64,000 nucleotides of DNA, from NCBI GenBank assembly GCA_965662235.1, contig CBFIGY010000010.1, forward strand, positions 18,403-82,402, given 5' to 3'. The stretch comes from an uncultured bacterium. GTDB taxonomy: Bacteria > SAR324 > NAC60-12. The notes beneath the pieces are model-generated. The model did not search any database, had not been told where the DNA came from, and saw only the letters and a list, made by a program, of their open reading frames with translations. The translations under genes and the position numbers were made by a program. Positions 51,816 to 61,630 of the stretch are shown piece after piece; within the stretch, counting starts at the first letter, position 1, and the number at the start of each line of letters is the position of its first letter.

Positions 51816-53042
51816 TCAACGGGTCAAGGAACTCTTCCAGCCGGGTTCATGGTCCACGTGGATTCGAGGCACGGAGCCTCCAGCACTGACCCGCGGGGGC
51901 GTCAGGCGAGCGGAGCTCTTGCGGTGCTGACTCAGTTGGTCCATCTGAATGCTGGCGTTGCCCTGAGTGGCTTCATAAAAATTATAGTAGTACGCAGTGC
52001 CGTCATCTCCACTGAGGCTGAACCAGTCCAAGGTATCTTCCACTTCCTGCAGCTGCGCGTCTGTGGGCAAGGCTGACCCAATGAGAACCGCAATGGCCCG
52101 GAACTCTGTTTGAGAGTTGGGGTAGGCTGGTGAGCGTGATCCACCCAAAGCGGCCTCTAGGTTGTCCTTTGTGTATTCGGTGAGGGTTGTTGCTGTGAAT
52201 TTCCCCACGCGCAATTCTGCGAGCGCGGCATCGTAGCCCGAGCTGATGGTTCCTAATCCAGAGAAGACGGTGAAGTTGTCGACATCGGAAAGAGGAATCA
52301 GCCCCATCAGGTACAGCTCTAGGTTGGAGTAGGGGAGCCCATTACCCCCGTTGGCGTTGGGTCCAAAGCCAGCCTCACCCGCGAACTTCCCTTGATACTG
52401 GTCGTTGCCTAGGTCCACAAATTCATCAAATCCTCCCAGCTGCCCTCCGACGCTGGAAAACCCCCAGTGCGAACCATTGCCTGCCCCGTAAGGCTCCTCA
52501 ACCCAATTGTTGCTGGCATCGGGGCTCAAGCTGAAGGTGTTGATCCCATGGTTGGCCCAGTTGTGGGAAATTTCATGAAGCGATGGGCCAGACTTGAGGT
52601 AGCGGCGTGCTGCCAACCACAGGAGAGAACGCAGGGTCCCGGATGCGCCGTAGCTGGAAGTGTAATCGTACGTGGAACTTCCAATGCCAGAAACGTCATT
52701 CCGGAGGGTCTGATTGATACCATAGGCACTGGTGGAATCCTTCTCGGCCTCGTTCACAATCAGGAAAATGAAGTCAAAGTCGTCTTCCATGACGGAGTAC
52801 AGCTCCTGGGTCAGACCCTGAACAGTTGCACTGGCTGGAAAGCCTTGCTTCCACTCAGCATAGTCAGTCGCTGAAACCTGGGCAAAGACCACCTTGTCCG
52901 ACTCTGAGAGGTAGAGGCGGTCAGAGAGAGGGGTCATGGTGGCACTGGCAGGGGTCTCTCCGGACTCATCTTTCTCACTACAGGCAACTGTAAGGAAAAC
53001 CGTTAAGGCAATCAGCGAGGAAAAGCGGAGCAAGGCATTCAT
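51816..53042 (-). CDS. Lipoprotein, putative zinc metallopeptidase
   Basis: Lipobox LTVAC; DDFDFIF, HEISH, SHWG, LELYLMG. Confidence 0.7.
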   Translation of the reverse strand: MNALLRFSSLIALTVFLTVACSEKDESGETPASATMTPLSDRLYLSESDKVVFAQVSATDYAEWKQGFPASATVQGLTQELYSVMEDDFDFIFLIVNEAEKDSTSAYGINQTLRNDVSGIGSSTYDYTSSYGASGTLRSLLWLAARRYLKSGPSLHEISHNWANHGINTFSLSPDASNNWVEEPYGAGNGSHWGFSSVGGQLGGFDEFVDLGNDQYQGKFAGEAGFGPNANGGNGLPYSNLELYLMGLIPLSDVDNFTVFSGLGTISSGYDAALAELRVGKFTATTLTEYTKDNLEAALGGSRSPAYPNSQTEFRAIAVLIGSALPTDAQLQEVEDTLDWFSLSGDDGTAYYYNFYEATQGNASIQMDQLSQHRKSSARLTPPRVSAGGSVPRIHVDHEPGWKSSLTR

Positions 53043-53068
53043 GGGAATCCGTTCACGTCTGAGGTGAA

Positions 53069-53093
53069 GCGACCTGAAACACCATCAGGTCGC
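53069..53093 (-). terminator. Hairpin between the two lipoprotein genes
   Basis: GCGACCTGA-N7-TCAGGTCGC. Confidence 0.5.
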
Positions 53094-53175
53094 AACAGAA
53101 GGTGCGAGGGGGCTCAATCAGGCACTGAAGGACAGGTGCCATCCCGACCCCACCCCCTAAGAGGTAGGGCTCAGC

Positions 53176-53748
53176 TCATTGGCCTTGGATAAGGTACGTT
53201 GAGTTGTCTGAAGAGCTGGCAGTGGTTTTGAGATCGGTTAACGCCAACGCCTTGTACCCGGTGCCGAGGACGTCATCGACCGCGTAAGCGTACACCTGAC
53301 AAGTGGTGCAGGGAGCGGAGGCGGTTCCAGTCATTGCGCTGGCACTAAAGACGATGAGCGTATGCTCCTGCTGGGCTGTCGAAATCCCACCAAGGGGGTC
53401 AATGGCATAAGTCGTTGAGGTGTTATCAGTGACCACCTGAACGTTGCTCAGGGTCAGTTCAGTTTTTTGAGTTAGATCCGTAGTAGTGCATTGGGCATCG
53501 TTAGCGGGAGCCGAGAGATAGCTTCCTCCACCGCTGGCATCGAAGCTGATGGTGATAGAGACGTTATCCTTGCATGTTGCGTACGTATAATCGTAGAGCT
53601 GTACCCCACTGACACTGATGGTTTCTGTCGCTGGCGTGGTTGCCGCAGCCGGGTCATCGCTCTCGTCAGTGCTGGAGCAGGCAGAGAGCAGGCCAACGGC
53701 TAGGAAGGCGGTGAGGGCGGTTCGAGCGAAGGGAAATCGATTAATCAT
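53176..53748 (-). CDS. Thr/Ser-rich lipoprotein
   Basis: AAGGA RBS; lipobox LSAC; four further Cys. Confidence 0.72.
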   Translation of the reverse strand: MINRFPFARTALTAFLAVGLLSACSSTDESDDPAAATTPATETISVSGVQLYDYTYATCKDNVSITISFDASGGGSYLSAPANDAQCTTTDLTQKTELTLSNVQVVTDNTSTTYAIDPLGGISTAQQEHTLIVFSASAMTGTASAPCTTCQVYAYAVDDVLGTGYKALALTDLKTTASSSDNSTYLIQGQ

Positions 53749-53922
53749 AGCGGTGTCCTTACTTGAAAGGGAACGGTGCAACGAGACGCGGGCTGAACTC
53801 ATTGAGTAAGGCGTCATCATAGGAGGGGCTTCCGCAATCGCAACGGAAGCGTGTGGACGATTTGTGGATGGTTTGTGGGTGAATCCGTGCTTTTTTTAAG
53901 TAAAATCAATTTTTTAGGAAAA

Positions 53923-56694
53923 TCAGCCAAGCCCCTCAAGGAGGGCGCGGTAGCGTTGCTGCAGGGTGTGCCTGTCGTGGTGATCAGCAGGAAGGTGCTG
54001 CTTCACAAAGTACAGGGTTTGGAGCAGCTTGTGCCACTTGGGGTGCTGCGGGAGCTTCTTCAGGTTCAGGTAGCGGTCTAGCTGACGAGTCCGGAAGACA
54101 CCGCGGCTTTCCAGGTGGACGCTCCACAGGCCGCTTTGTTCCGCCAGCTCACGCTTTCCCAGACCGGTGTGGGTCTGCCACAGCATCAGGGCAAGGTTCA
54201 GGGCGTCCACAGCAGACTCGCGGAAGGAGGGTTCCTGGGCCCGTTGAGTGTCCCGGAGGTTCCCCAACGCTTGGTGGAACGTGAGGTCTGTGCTCTCGGA
54301 AGGCTCAGGAGGAGGGTCAGCAGGGGAGGGAAGGTGCAGGCGCAGACGGGCCGCCAGCTCAGCTGGATCCACAGGCTTGACGAGGTAGTCATTGGCGCCG
54401 CAACGGAACCCCTTGCTGACGTCATCCAGCTGTCCACGGGCGGTGAGGAGGAGAATGGGGAGGCGTTCTGCTGAGAATTGCTCCCGGATGCGCCGACAGA
54501 CCTCATATCCGTCCATCTCGGGCATCATCACATCCAGGAGGATGAGGTCAAACGAGTGCTGCTGCAGCTGTTCCAGGGCTTCTGGACCAGAAGCAACGAG
54601 GGTGAGTTCGAACTGCTGGAGACACAGCAGCTGCCTCAGCGATTCTAGGTTAATGGGGTCATCGTCCACGAGCAGCACTGAGGCACGTGCGCCTTCCATC
54701 GGTTCCGGCTCCGGGAACCAAGGCGCCAACGTGGGTTCCTGGAGCACGGGAAACGGTCCTTCCGGCGCCTCTGTGGCCACGGGCAGGTGGATCTGGAAGG
54801 TGGTCCCGACTCCCACTTGTGAGAGGACCGTCAGGGTGCCTCCCATGGATTCTGCAAGCTGGCGACTGAGGTACAGCCCAAGCCCGGTTCCGATGCCTTC
54901 AAAGGGGGTGAAGCACCGCTCCTGCTGCTCTAGGCTCATGCCCGGACCGGTGTCGGCAACCTGGATGCAGAGGCGTGTTCCCTCCACTTCGCTGGAGAGG
55001 TGAATGACCCCTTCCTTCACAAACTTGACGGCGTTCCCAAGCAGGTTGAGGAGCAATTGCTGCAACCGCAGGGGATCCGCAAGGACAGGAACCGGAGGGT
55101 TCGCAAAGTCCGTGAGCAGCTCGATGGGGCGCCCCCGGAGGCGAACCTCAATCAAGGGCAAGGTCTCTGCAGCAACAGATTCCAGGTAAAGGGCTTCCGG
55201 ATGGAGCCGAAGCCGGCCTTCTTGCAGCGCTGCGGCATCAAGCAGGTCGTCCACCATGGCCGAAAGGCGTCGTGTGCTGAGGATGATCAGTTCCAGTGTC
55301 TGCCGCGACGGAGAGGACGCTTGTTCCTGGAGGGCATTGGCCAGCCCAAGGATTCCCTGCAGGGGGGTCCGGAGCTCATGAGAGGTGTTGGCCAGAATGG
55401 AGTCCTTGAGCTGGTCCAGCCGCTTCAGTTCGGCAATCAGCTGCAGCTGAGCCTGTTCCTTTTCAATGCGCAGCACACGGGTGCGTTCCGCAAGGGCGTA
55501 GGCGTAAAACAGCACCTGCAGGGTGAAGCCCAGGGGAAAGATGTTGTCGCGGATCCATGCATTTTCCCAGACGCCCTGCAAGCTGAGGACTTCCATGATT
55601 CCGGTCACAAAGGAGGTCACCTGACCAATGAACGCCAAGCGGACGTCCCAGCTGTGCAGGCGCCGGCTGGCGCCAACGAGGAAGGAGAGCGTCATCACGG
55701 CGTTGGGCAGCGGAGCGATGAGGATGAAGACCATCACATGGTGCAGGTACTCCACCGGGAAGAAGGCGCCTGCGGCCCAGTAAACCATGGGGATCAGGCT
55801 GGCAAGGTACCACTTGGTGAGGTGCGGCTGATGCTCCCGGACCCGCAGGAAGGTGTACATGAACAGCGAGTGGAAGACGACAATGGCCTGCGAAAAAAAG
55901 AGCGTGAAGCGGGGGCTGAAGATGGCGGTATCGGGAAGAAACTCCAGAATGACCCGGTCCCGGAAGGTGAGGAAGCCAGTAAGGGCGATGAGGGTGGCCA
56001 CGTATCCCAGCAGCTCCAGGTCCCTCAGGACCAGGAGGTAAGACAGGTGATAGACCGCCATGACCAGCATCACGCCGAGCACCAAGGCGTAGAGGAGGAT
56101 CAGGTTCTTGTCTCGGCCTCCAAACGCCTGAGGCTCCCAGAGCGTGACCGGCATGGAGAGGGGCTCGAGGGCCGTTACCCGGAGGTAGAAGGTGGTGGCT
56201 GCCTGAGGAGCCAAGGTGACGGGAAAGACGGCATAGGCGCTGGGATACGGACGTTCGTTCAACGGAGTAGCGTCCGTGAGGGACTGCTCGGTGAGAGCGC
56301 CATCCGGATGCAGCTGGTACAGGTGAACGGTGTGGTTGCGGGTGGAGCCAACTTCCAGCAACCGCTTCAGGGGCTGGGCTCTCGCATGATGCACCGTCAC
56401 TCGTGCCCACCAGGCGGACTCCGTGGGCGGGAAGTTGGGAACCGAGGTGGTGCTGGGGGTGAACCGGCCGGCCCACGGTTCCTGACGCACGTCCTTCAGG
56501 GTGAGCTTCCGAGTAGGATCCTCTAAGAGTTCCAGGTGGATGCCAAGGGGCATCGGCTCCTGAGTGACCTCTAGGGGCTGACCGCTCAAGAGGTCGGCAG
56601 ACAACAACAGGAGGCCTGCCAGGATCCACCGGATTCCTGCAAGCAGCGGGTCGTACCTCGGCTGGCAGCGACACAAGTTTGAGTGGAAGACCAT
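53923..56694 (-). CDS. Hybrid sensor kinase: 7TM-DISM sensor, HisKA/HATPase, receiver, ChiS-like C-terminal domain
   Basis: LEDPTRKLTL/WWARV (DISMED2); multiple TM helices; SHELRTPL; NAVKF; DVMMPEMDG; SGLWSV..RTRQLDRYL tail; start approximate. Confidence 0.85.
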   Translation of the reverse strand: MVFHSNLCRCQPRYDPLLAGIRWILAGLLLLSADLLSGQPLEVTQEPMPLGIHLELLEDPTRKLTLKDVRQEPWAGRFTPSTTSVPNFPPTESAWWARVTVHHARAQPLKRLLEVGSTRNHTVHLYQLHPDGALTEQSLTDATPLNERPYPSAYAVFPVTLAPQAATTFYLRVTALEPLSMPVTLWEPQAFGGRDKNLILLYALVLGVMLVMAVYHLSYLLVLRDLELLGYVATLIALTGFLTFRDRVILEFLPDTAIFSPRFTLFFSQAIVVFHSLFMYTFLRVREHQPHLTKWYLASLIPMVYWAAGAFFPVEYLHHVMVFILIAPLPNAVMTLSFLVGASRRLHSWDVRLAFIGQVTSFVTGIMEVLSLQGVWENAWIRDNIFPLGFTLQVLFYAYALAERTRVLRIEKEQAQLQLIAELKRLDQLKDSILANTSHELRTPLQGILGLANALQEQASSPSRQTLELIILSTRRLSAMVDDLLDAAALQEGRLRLHPEALYLESVAAETLPLIEVRLRGRPIELLTDFANPPVPVLADPLRLQQLLLNLLGNAVKFVKEGVIHLSSEVEGTRLCIQVADTGPGMSLEQQERCFTPFEGIGTGLGLYLSRQLAESMGGTLTVLSQVGVGTTFQIHLPVATEAPEGPFPVLQEPTLAPWFPEPEPMEGARASVLLVDDDPINLESLRQLLCLQQFELTLVASGPEALEQLQQHSFDLILLDVMMPEMDGYEVCRRIREQFSAERLPILLLTARGQLDDVSKGFRCGANDYLVKPVDPAELAARLRLHLPSPADPPPEPSESTDLTFHQALGNLRDTQRAQEPSFRESAVDALNLALMLWQTHTGLGKRELAEQSGLWSVHLESRGVFRTRQLDRYLNLKKLPQHPKWHKLLQTLYFVKQHLPADHHDRHTLQQRYRALLEGLG

Positions 56695-56925
56695 GTGGTT
56701 TCTTCCGAAAACACCTCTTAAGTTTGTAGCGGGTGAAGAGTGATTCTTTTTTAGGCGGTGTCTGGGAAAGGTTCAAGTGCAAGATGCTCTTTTTTAACCA
56801 CCGGCCGCTGACCTCTGTGAGGAACCCGGGTGTACTTTGGACTGCAACTGCCCCCAGATCAACGTTACGCTAACCCAAACTGCCTGAGCCCACCGCCAGG
56901 CTGAACCCTGAACCCATGAGGACGA

Positions 56926-57783
56926 ATGAATCTGATTGAAGCCCGAGGCCTCAGCCAACGCTATGGGGCCAAGGTCGTGCTTCAGAACCTAGACTTTACC
57001 CTTCCTTCCGGACAGGTCCTGGGCCTGATTGGTCCAAACGGTGCCGGAAAGACGACCCTGATTCAGTCACTGCTGGGCCTGAGCGCCTGTGAGGGAACGG
57101 TGCAGGTGCTGGGGCAGGATCCCCTGCGTCAGCGGGCGCAGCTGCTGCAGGAGGTGGCGTATGTTGCCGATGTGGCGGTCATGCCCCGTTGGATGCGGCT
57201 GGAGCAATCTGTGCGCTACCTCACCGCGGTGCACCCCCGCTTCTCGGAAGAGAAGGCCCGGACCCTGCTGGAACAAAACAACCTGCCCCTGCAGGCTCGG
57301 GTCAAGGAGCTCTCGAAGGGAATGCTGGCGCAGCTGCACCTTTCGCTGGTGCTGGCCATTGACGCCCGTCTCTACATCCTTGATGAGCCAACCCTGGGGC
57401 TGGATGCGGTGGTCCGCAAGCGCTTCTACCAAGACCTTGTGGCCGCGGGCTATGGTCCTGAAAAAAGCATTCTCATCACCTCTCACCAGATTGAAGAGGT
57501 GGAGCCGATTCTGACCCACACCGCGTTTCTGAGTGACGGAAAGCTGCTCCTGCAGGAGTCGCTGGACGACCTCCGTCAGCGCTACCTGAGCCTGGAGGTG
57601 GCCCCGGAACACCTGGAAGCCGCTCAGGGCCTGAAGCCCCTTTACACGCAAAAACTGACGGAACGGACGCTGCTGCTCTTCGATGGCGGTGATCCGGAAG
57701 CGCTGGCGCCGTATGGATCGGTCCGTCAAGCCGACCTGGCGACCATCTTTGTCGCGACCCTTGAACAACAGAGGCAGGGATGA
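56926..57783 (+). CDS. ABC-2 type transporter ATP-binding protein
   Basis: GPNGAGKTT, LSKGM, LDEPTLGLD. Confidence 0.9.
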   Translation: MNLIEARGLSQRYGAKVVLQNLDFTLPSGQVLGLIGPNGAGKTTLIQSLLGLSACEGTVQVLGQDPLRQRAQLLQEVAYVADVAVMPRWMRLEQSVRYLTAVHPRFSEEKARTLLEQNNLPLQARVKELSKGMLAQLHLSLVLAIDARLYILDEPTLGLDAVVRKRFYQDLVAAGYGPEKSILITSHQIEEVEPILTHTAFLSDGKLLLQESLDDLRQRYLSLEVAPEHLEAAQGLKPLYTQKLTERTLLLFDGGDPEALAPYGSVRQADLATIFVATLEQQRQG

Positions 57784-58709
57784 ATCTGACTTTTTGGAAA
57801 ATGCTCCTGCTCCGGGAGTTTTGGGAACACCGTAACTCGACCGTGGTGACGCCGGTGGTGCTGGCCGGGGTGTGGTTTCTGCTGGTCAGCGGACTGCTCC
57901 TTTCTGGACTCTCCAATGCGCTGGAGGTCAACGGGCAGACCCTGGACCTGCAGCGGCTGCAGAACGAGCTAGGAGCTGAAGGCCTCAGCCAGCTTCAGGA
58001 AGCCGGGCACAGCCTGGTGAGCCTGTGGTACTGGCCCTTCTTTTTGGTAGGAACCCTGGTTCAGCTGCTGTACCTGCTGGCCTGTCTCTATGATGAGCGC
58101 AAGGACCGTTCGGTGATCTTCTGGCGCTCGCTCCCGGTTTCAGACCTGCAGACGCTGCTGGCGAAGCTGCTGTTTGGAGTCTTGGTGATTCCGTTGCTCT
58201 ATGTGCTGGCCTTTCTGGTCTCCCTGACGCTCACGCTGGCCATTTGCATTCCCACAACGTCTTTGACGAGTGACCTGCCCTGGGGCTGGTTGCTGGAGTC
58301 CACCCAGCTGTTTCAGTACGTGGGCGAGCTGTGGTTTTCGATTCCGCTGTTTGCGATCTGGCTGGTGCCGCTTGCCTGTTGGTTGCTGCTGGCATCCATG
58401 GTGGCAGGCAAGCTTCCGCTGCTGTGGGCGGTGCTTCCGTGGGTCGGGCTGGGTCTGCTGGAAGGCGCGCTCTCCAACCTGAGCCAGGTGCCCCGCTGGT
58501 TGGTGGACCTCTCTGGAGCCATCAGTCACTACTACAGCTTCAGCAGCCGCTATGGAGATCCCAACACGATCAACCTCATCTGGACTCCGCTGGAACTGTT
58601 CCGAGTTGACTTCTGGACCGACTACCGGCACCTGGTGGCCTGGACGATTGGGGCGGTGCTGTTTGGGGCAGTGCTGCTGCTGAGGCGCTATCGCGGACAG
58701 GCGCTTTAG
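57780..58709 (+). CDS. ABC-2 type permease
   Basis: REFWEHR, LYDERKDRSVIFWRSLPVSD; about six TM helices; ATGA overlap. Confidence 0.85.
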   Translation: MNLTFWKMLLLREFWEHRNSTVVTPVVLAGVWFLLVSGLLLSGLSNALEVNGQTLDLQRLQNELGAEGLSQLQEAGHSLVSLWYWPFFLVGTLVQLLYLLACLYDERKDRSVIFWRSLPVSDLQTLLAKLLFGVLVIPLLYVLAFLVSLTLTLAICIPTTSLTSDLPWGWLLESTQLFQYVGELWFSIPLFAIWLVPLACWLLLASMVAGKLPLLWAVLPWVGLGLLEGALSNLSQVPRWLVDLSGAISHYYSFSSRYGDPNTINLIWTPLELFRVDFWTDYRHLVAWTIGAVLFGAVLLLRRYRGQAL

Positions 58710-58767
58710 TCGGTCTTCCTGCTAGAACCCGCAGGCCGGCTTTCTGAACGTTACCGCAAGGTGGGTT

Positions 58768-59163
58768 TCAGGGGCTCGGCCGCAGGAGCCAGATGCCCAG
58801 TCCGCAGGCGAGCAGGGAGAGGATCAGGTTGGAGCTGATATTGAGAAGGGCCCGTCCCCATGCCCCGTCGAGGGCGAGGAGCCAGGTTTCCAGACTGAAG
58901 GTTGAGAACGTGGTGAAGGCGCCCATGAAGCCAGTGGTCAGCAGCAGCTGAACCTCCGGACGCAGCTCCAAGCGCTCTCGAAAGGTCAGGGCCAGGGCCC
59001 CGAGTAGAAAGGATCCTAAAACGTTGACCAGCAGCGTGCCATAAGGCAGGAAGCTCCCCAACCACTGATTGACGGCCCGCGTGGCCAGGTACCGGGAAGT
59101 GGCGCCACAGGCTCCTCCCAAAGCCACGGCCAGCAGAGGACTCCACCCAGGAAACAGCCCCAT
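58768..59163 (-). CDS. crcB: Fluoride efflux channel CrcB/Fluc
   Basis: GGACGATSRY, PYGTLLVN, TGFMGAFTTFSTF. Confidence 0.93.
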   Translation of the reverse strand: MGLFPGWSPLLAVALGGACGATSRYLATRAVNQWLGSFLPYGTLLVNVLGSFLLGALALTFRERLELRPEVQLLLTTGFMGAFTTFSTFSLETWLLALDGAWGRALLNISSNLILSLLACGLGIWLLRPSP

Positions 59164-59165
59164 GG

Positions 59166-60626
59166 CTAGGCCTCCACGGATTCAATGCGGGTCGGATCCA
59201 GCGGCAGGAACACCTTGAAGGTGGTCCCGCCTCCGTTGCGACTTTCTACCGAGATGTGCCCGCGGTGCTGCTTGATGAGTGCGTGGGTAATCGAGAGGCC
59301 CAGTCCGGTTCCCTTTCCGGCAGGCTTGGTGGTGAAGAACGACTCGAAGATCTTCTCCTGCATCTCAGCAGGAATGCCGGTTCCGGTATCCTGCACCTGC
59401 ACCCAGACCCCGTTTTCTCCAGACTGCGTCCGCAGCGTGATGACCTTCTCTGACCGGTGCTCCATGGCGTCCCGGGCGTTGTTGATGAGGTTGGTGAACA
59501 CCTGTTCCAGCTGAATCTCATTGCAACGGATTTCCGGAAGATCCGGAGCCAGCTCCAGTTCCAGCGAGACACCGTCCTTCCGGAGCTGGGGTCCGACCAT
59601 CAGCAGGGTGTTGTCGAGGATGGTGTTGATGGCATGCCGGTTGAGGGGCTCGTTTTCGCTCCGGCGGCTGTAGTTGCGGATGTGGTTGATGATGGCGGTG
59701 CAGCGGTCCACCATCTGCTCAATGGAGCTCAGTTTGGGGGCCGGGTCAAACTTCTGAGGATTGGTGGAATACGTCATCTTCAGCAGCTCCGCGTTCATGC
59801 GGATGGCTCCCAGCGGGGTCTTGATCTCATGGGCAATGCCTGAGGCAAGCTCGCCAATGGCAGAGAGCTTGGCAGACTGCACCAGCATGCTCTGGGCGTT
59901 CCGGAGCTCATCGTACGCCCGGCGGAGGTCGTCTTCTGTCGCCTTTTGCTGCACCTGAAGCTGCTGCAGCTCCTGGGTCATTTTGTTGAAGGCCACAGCC
60001 GTTTGCTGAAACTCGTCCTTGCCGGAAACCGGGATGCGGTGATTCCAGTCTCCTGCAGCAATGCGACCAGAGGCTTCCTGAAGCTTCAGCAGGTTCCGGG
60101 TGAGGTAGATGCCAAACAGCAGGGAAAGCATGGCCGAGAGGAACAGCTCCAGCGCCGCAATCAGGAGCGTCTCCTGCCGGGCGTTGGCCAGCACCGCTTC
60201 AATCTCCTGTGTGGAGAACCCAAGCTCTACCCGGACAATGGTGCGTCCACTTTCCTGCAGCTCAGCCGAGGTGTCAAAGACGCTGTCGGTGATGGCATCC
60301 ATCCCAGCATCCGCCTGAAAGGGCCGGCTGAGCAGTGTGGCATCGCCTCCTTCCGCCAGCACCTGCCCTCCTCCAATCACCCGGGCATAAACGAGTCCGC
60401 GGTTCTGCAGAACGTCCTCCACAAAGCTCTCCAGGGACGCGAGGTCATACGAGAGAGCGGCATCCTTGGTCATGCTCGCAAAGAGCTGGGCGGCGGTGTG
60501 ACTGGAGCGGATCAGCTCCTGCTCATGAGAGGTCTTGAGCGAACTGAGGCTGCTCCAGATCAGAATCGTCAGGGCCACCGACTCAATGAGGGCGATGCCG
60601 AGGATGGTCTTCAGGCGAAAGGACAA
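59166..60626 (-). CDS. Membrane sensor histidine kinase (HAMP, NtrB-like HisKA)
   Basis: Two TM segments; AHEIKTPL; NLINNARDA; FFTTK..GKGTGLGL. Confidence 0.9.
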   Translation of the reverse strand: MSFRLKTILGIALIESVALTILIWSSLSSLKTSHEQELIRSSHTAAQLFASMTKDAALSYDLASLESFVEDVLQNRGLVYARVIGGGQVLAEGGDATLLSRPFQADAGMDAITDSVFDTSAELQESGRTIVRVELGFSTQEIEAVLANARQETLLIAALELFLSAMLSLLFGIYLTRNLLKLQEASGRIAAGDWNHRIPVSGKDEFQQTAVAFNKMTQELQQLQVQQKATEDDLRRAYDELRNAQSMLVQSAKLSAIGELASGIAHEIKTPLGAIRMNAELLKMTYSTNPQKFDPAPKLSSIEQMVDRCTAIINHIRNYSRRSENEPLNRHAINTILDNTLLMVGPQLRKDGVSLELELAPDLPEIRCNEIQLEQVFTNLINNARDAMEHRSEKVITLRTQSGENGVWVQVQDTGTGIPAEMQEKIFESFFTTKPAGKGTGLGLSITHALIKQHRGHISVESRNGGGTTFKVFLPLDPTRIESVEA

Positions 60627-60645
60627 GTGGCGTCAGGCGCTGAGG

Positions 60646-61470
60646 TTACTTCAGGTACTTGTCAAGCAGGGTGATGTTCAGGCTCCGGATGTCATCCCAC
60701 TGTGCGTCTTCAGCAGTTTCTAGGCCATTCTTGAAGCCGAGGGCATCCAGCAGTGGGCGCCCCTCCGGGTTCTGGTGCATGGCGATCATGGCCGCTTGCA
60801 ACCGTTGCACATCGGCAGCAGCCATTCCGGGACGAGACGCAAAGGCGTGGGGGGTGTACTTGCGGGTCTCCCACAGCACCCGGAGCTGGGACTGCACCTC
60901 GGCGGGCATGTTCCGGAAGGTCCGGTAGATGCCTCCTCCGGCGGGAAACAGACCCTTGGCCACCGCCTTGTAAACGGAGTCATGAGAGGAAACGTACTGC
61001 GGGGTGAAGTCAATGCCCATCTGCGTCAGGTTGGCGCGGGGCAGCACGCTGGCCGCAAAGGCGCCCGGCGACGGAAAAGCCAAGGTGCTGCCGGTCAAGG
61101 CGTCAAGGCTCTGTACCTCTGAGTCCTGACGGACCACAATCAATCCGGTGATGGACTTGTTCTTCTCCTTGGCAAACGCCTGGTACCCCGGTTTTTCAGA
61201 GAACACCACATAGTGGTAGGGGTTCATGTAGGCAAGGTCATACTCCTGTGCAAACACTCGGTCTTCAAAGGTGGGAATGTCCTTGGCGGTCTGAAACTGA
61301 AGCTTGAGCCCCGTTTGCTGCTCCAGGTACTGGAGGATGGGGATCCAGACCTTTGCCAGTTCGCTTGCAGATTGCTGGGGGACGATGCCCACGCGGTAGG
61401 GGTGGTTGTCAGCGAAGAGGGGGGCGCCGAGCAGCCAGAGGCTTCCCAGCAACAGGAACCATTTTTTCAT
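60646..61470 (-). CDS. PhnD/PtxB-like periplasmic binding protein
   Basis: GIVPQQS, YMNPYHY, AFPSPGAFAA, SHDSVY; signal peptide. Confidence 0.85.
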   Translation of the reverse strand: MKKWFLLLGSLWLLGAPLFADNHPYRVGIVPQQSASELAKVWIPILQYLEQQTGLKLQFQTAKDIPTFEDRVFAQEYDLAYMNPYHYVVFSEKPGYQAFAKEKNKSITGLIVVRQDSEVQSLDALTGSTLAFPSPGAFAASVLPRANLTQMGIDFTPQYVSSHDSVYKAVAKGLFPAGGGIYRTFRNMPAEVQSQLRVLWETRKYTPHAFASRPGMAAADVQRLQAAMIAMHQNPEGRPLLDALGFKNGLETAEDAQWDDIRSLNITLLDKYLK

Positions 61471-61630
61471 TGTGGAAATTCGGAAGTAGCGTTGTGTGCC
61501 GCGTGAAGAAAAAGGCTCCAGCCAGGAGAGCAACGCCTTTCTTCGGCGTAAGGATAAAAGCGTTTATTCTGATGCGTTTTTTCCAAAGAAACAAGAAAAC
61601 ACGCTTCTGCATCCTGCGTTGGGTCAGGGG

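Noticed and set aside
61471-61630. Fluoride riboswitch for the crcB operon
   Set aside because: The GATG...GCTGATG motif arrangement was not found
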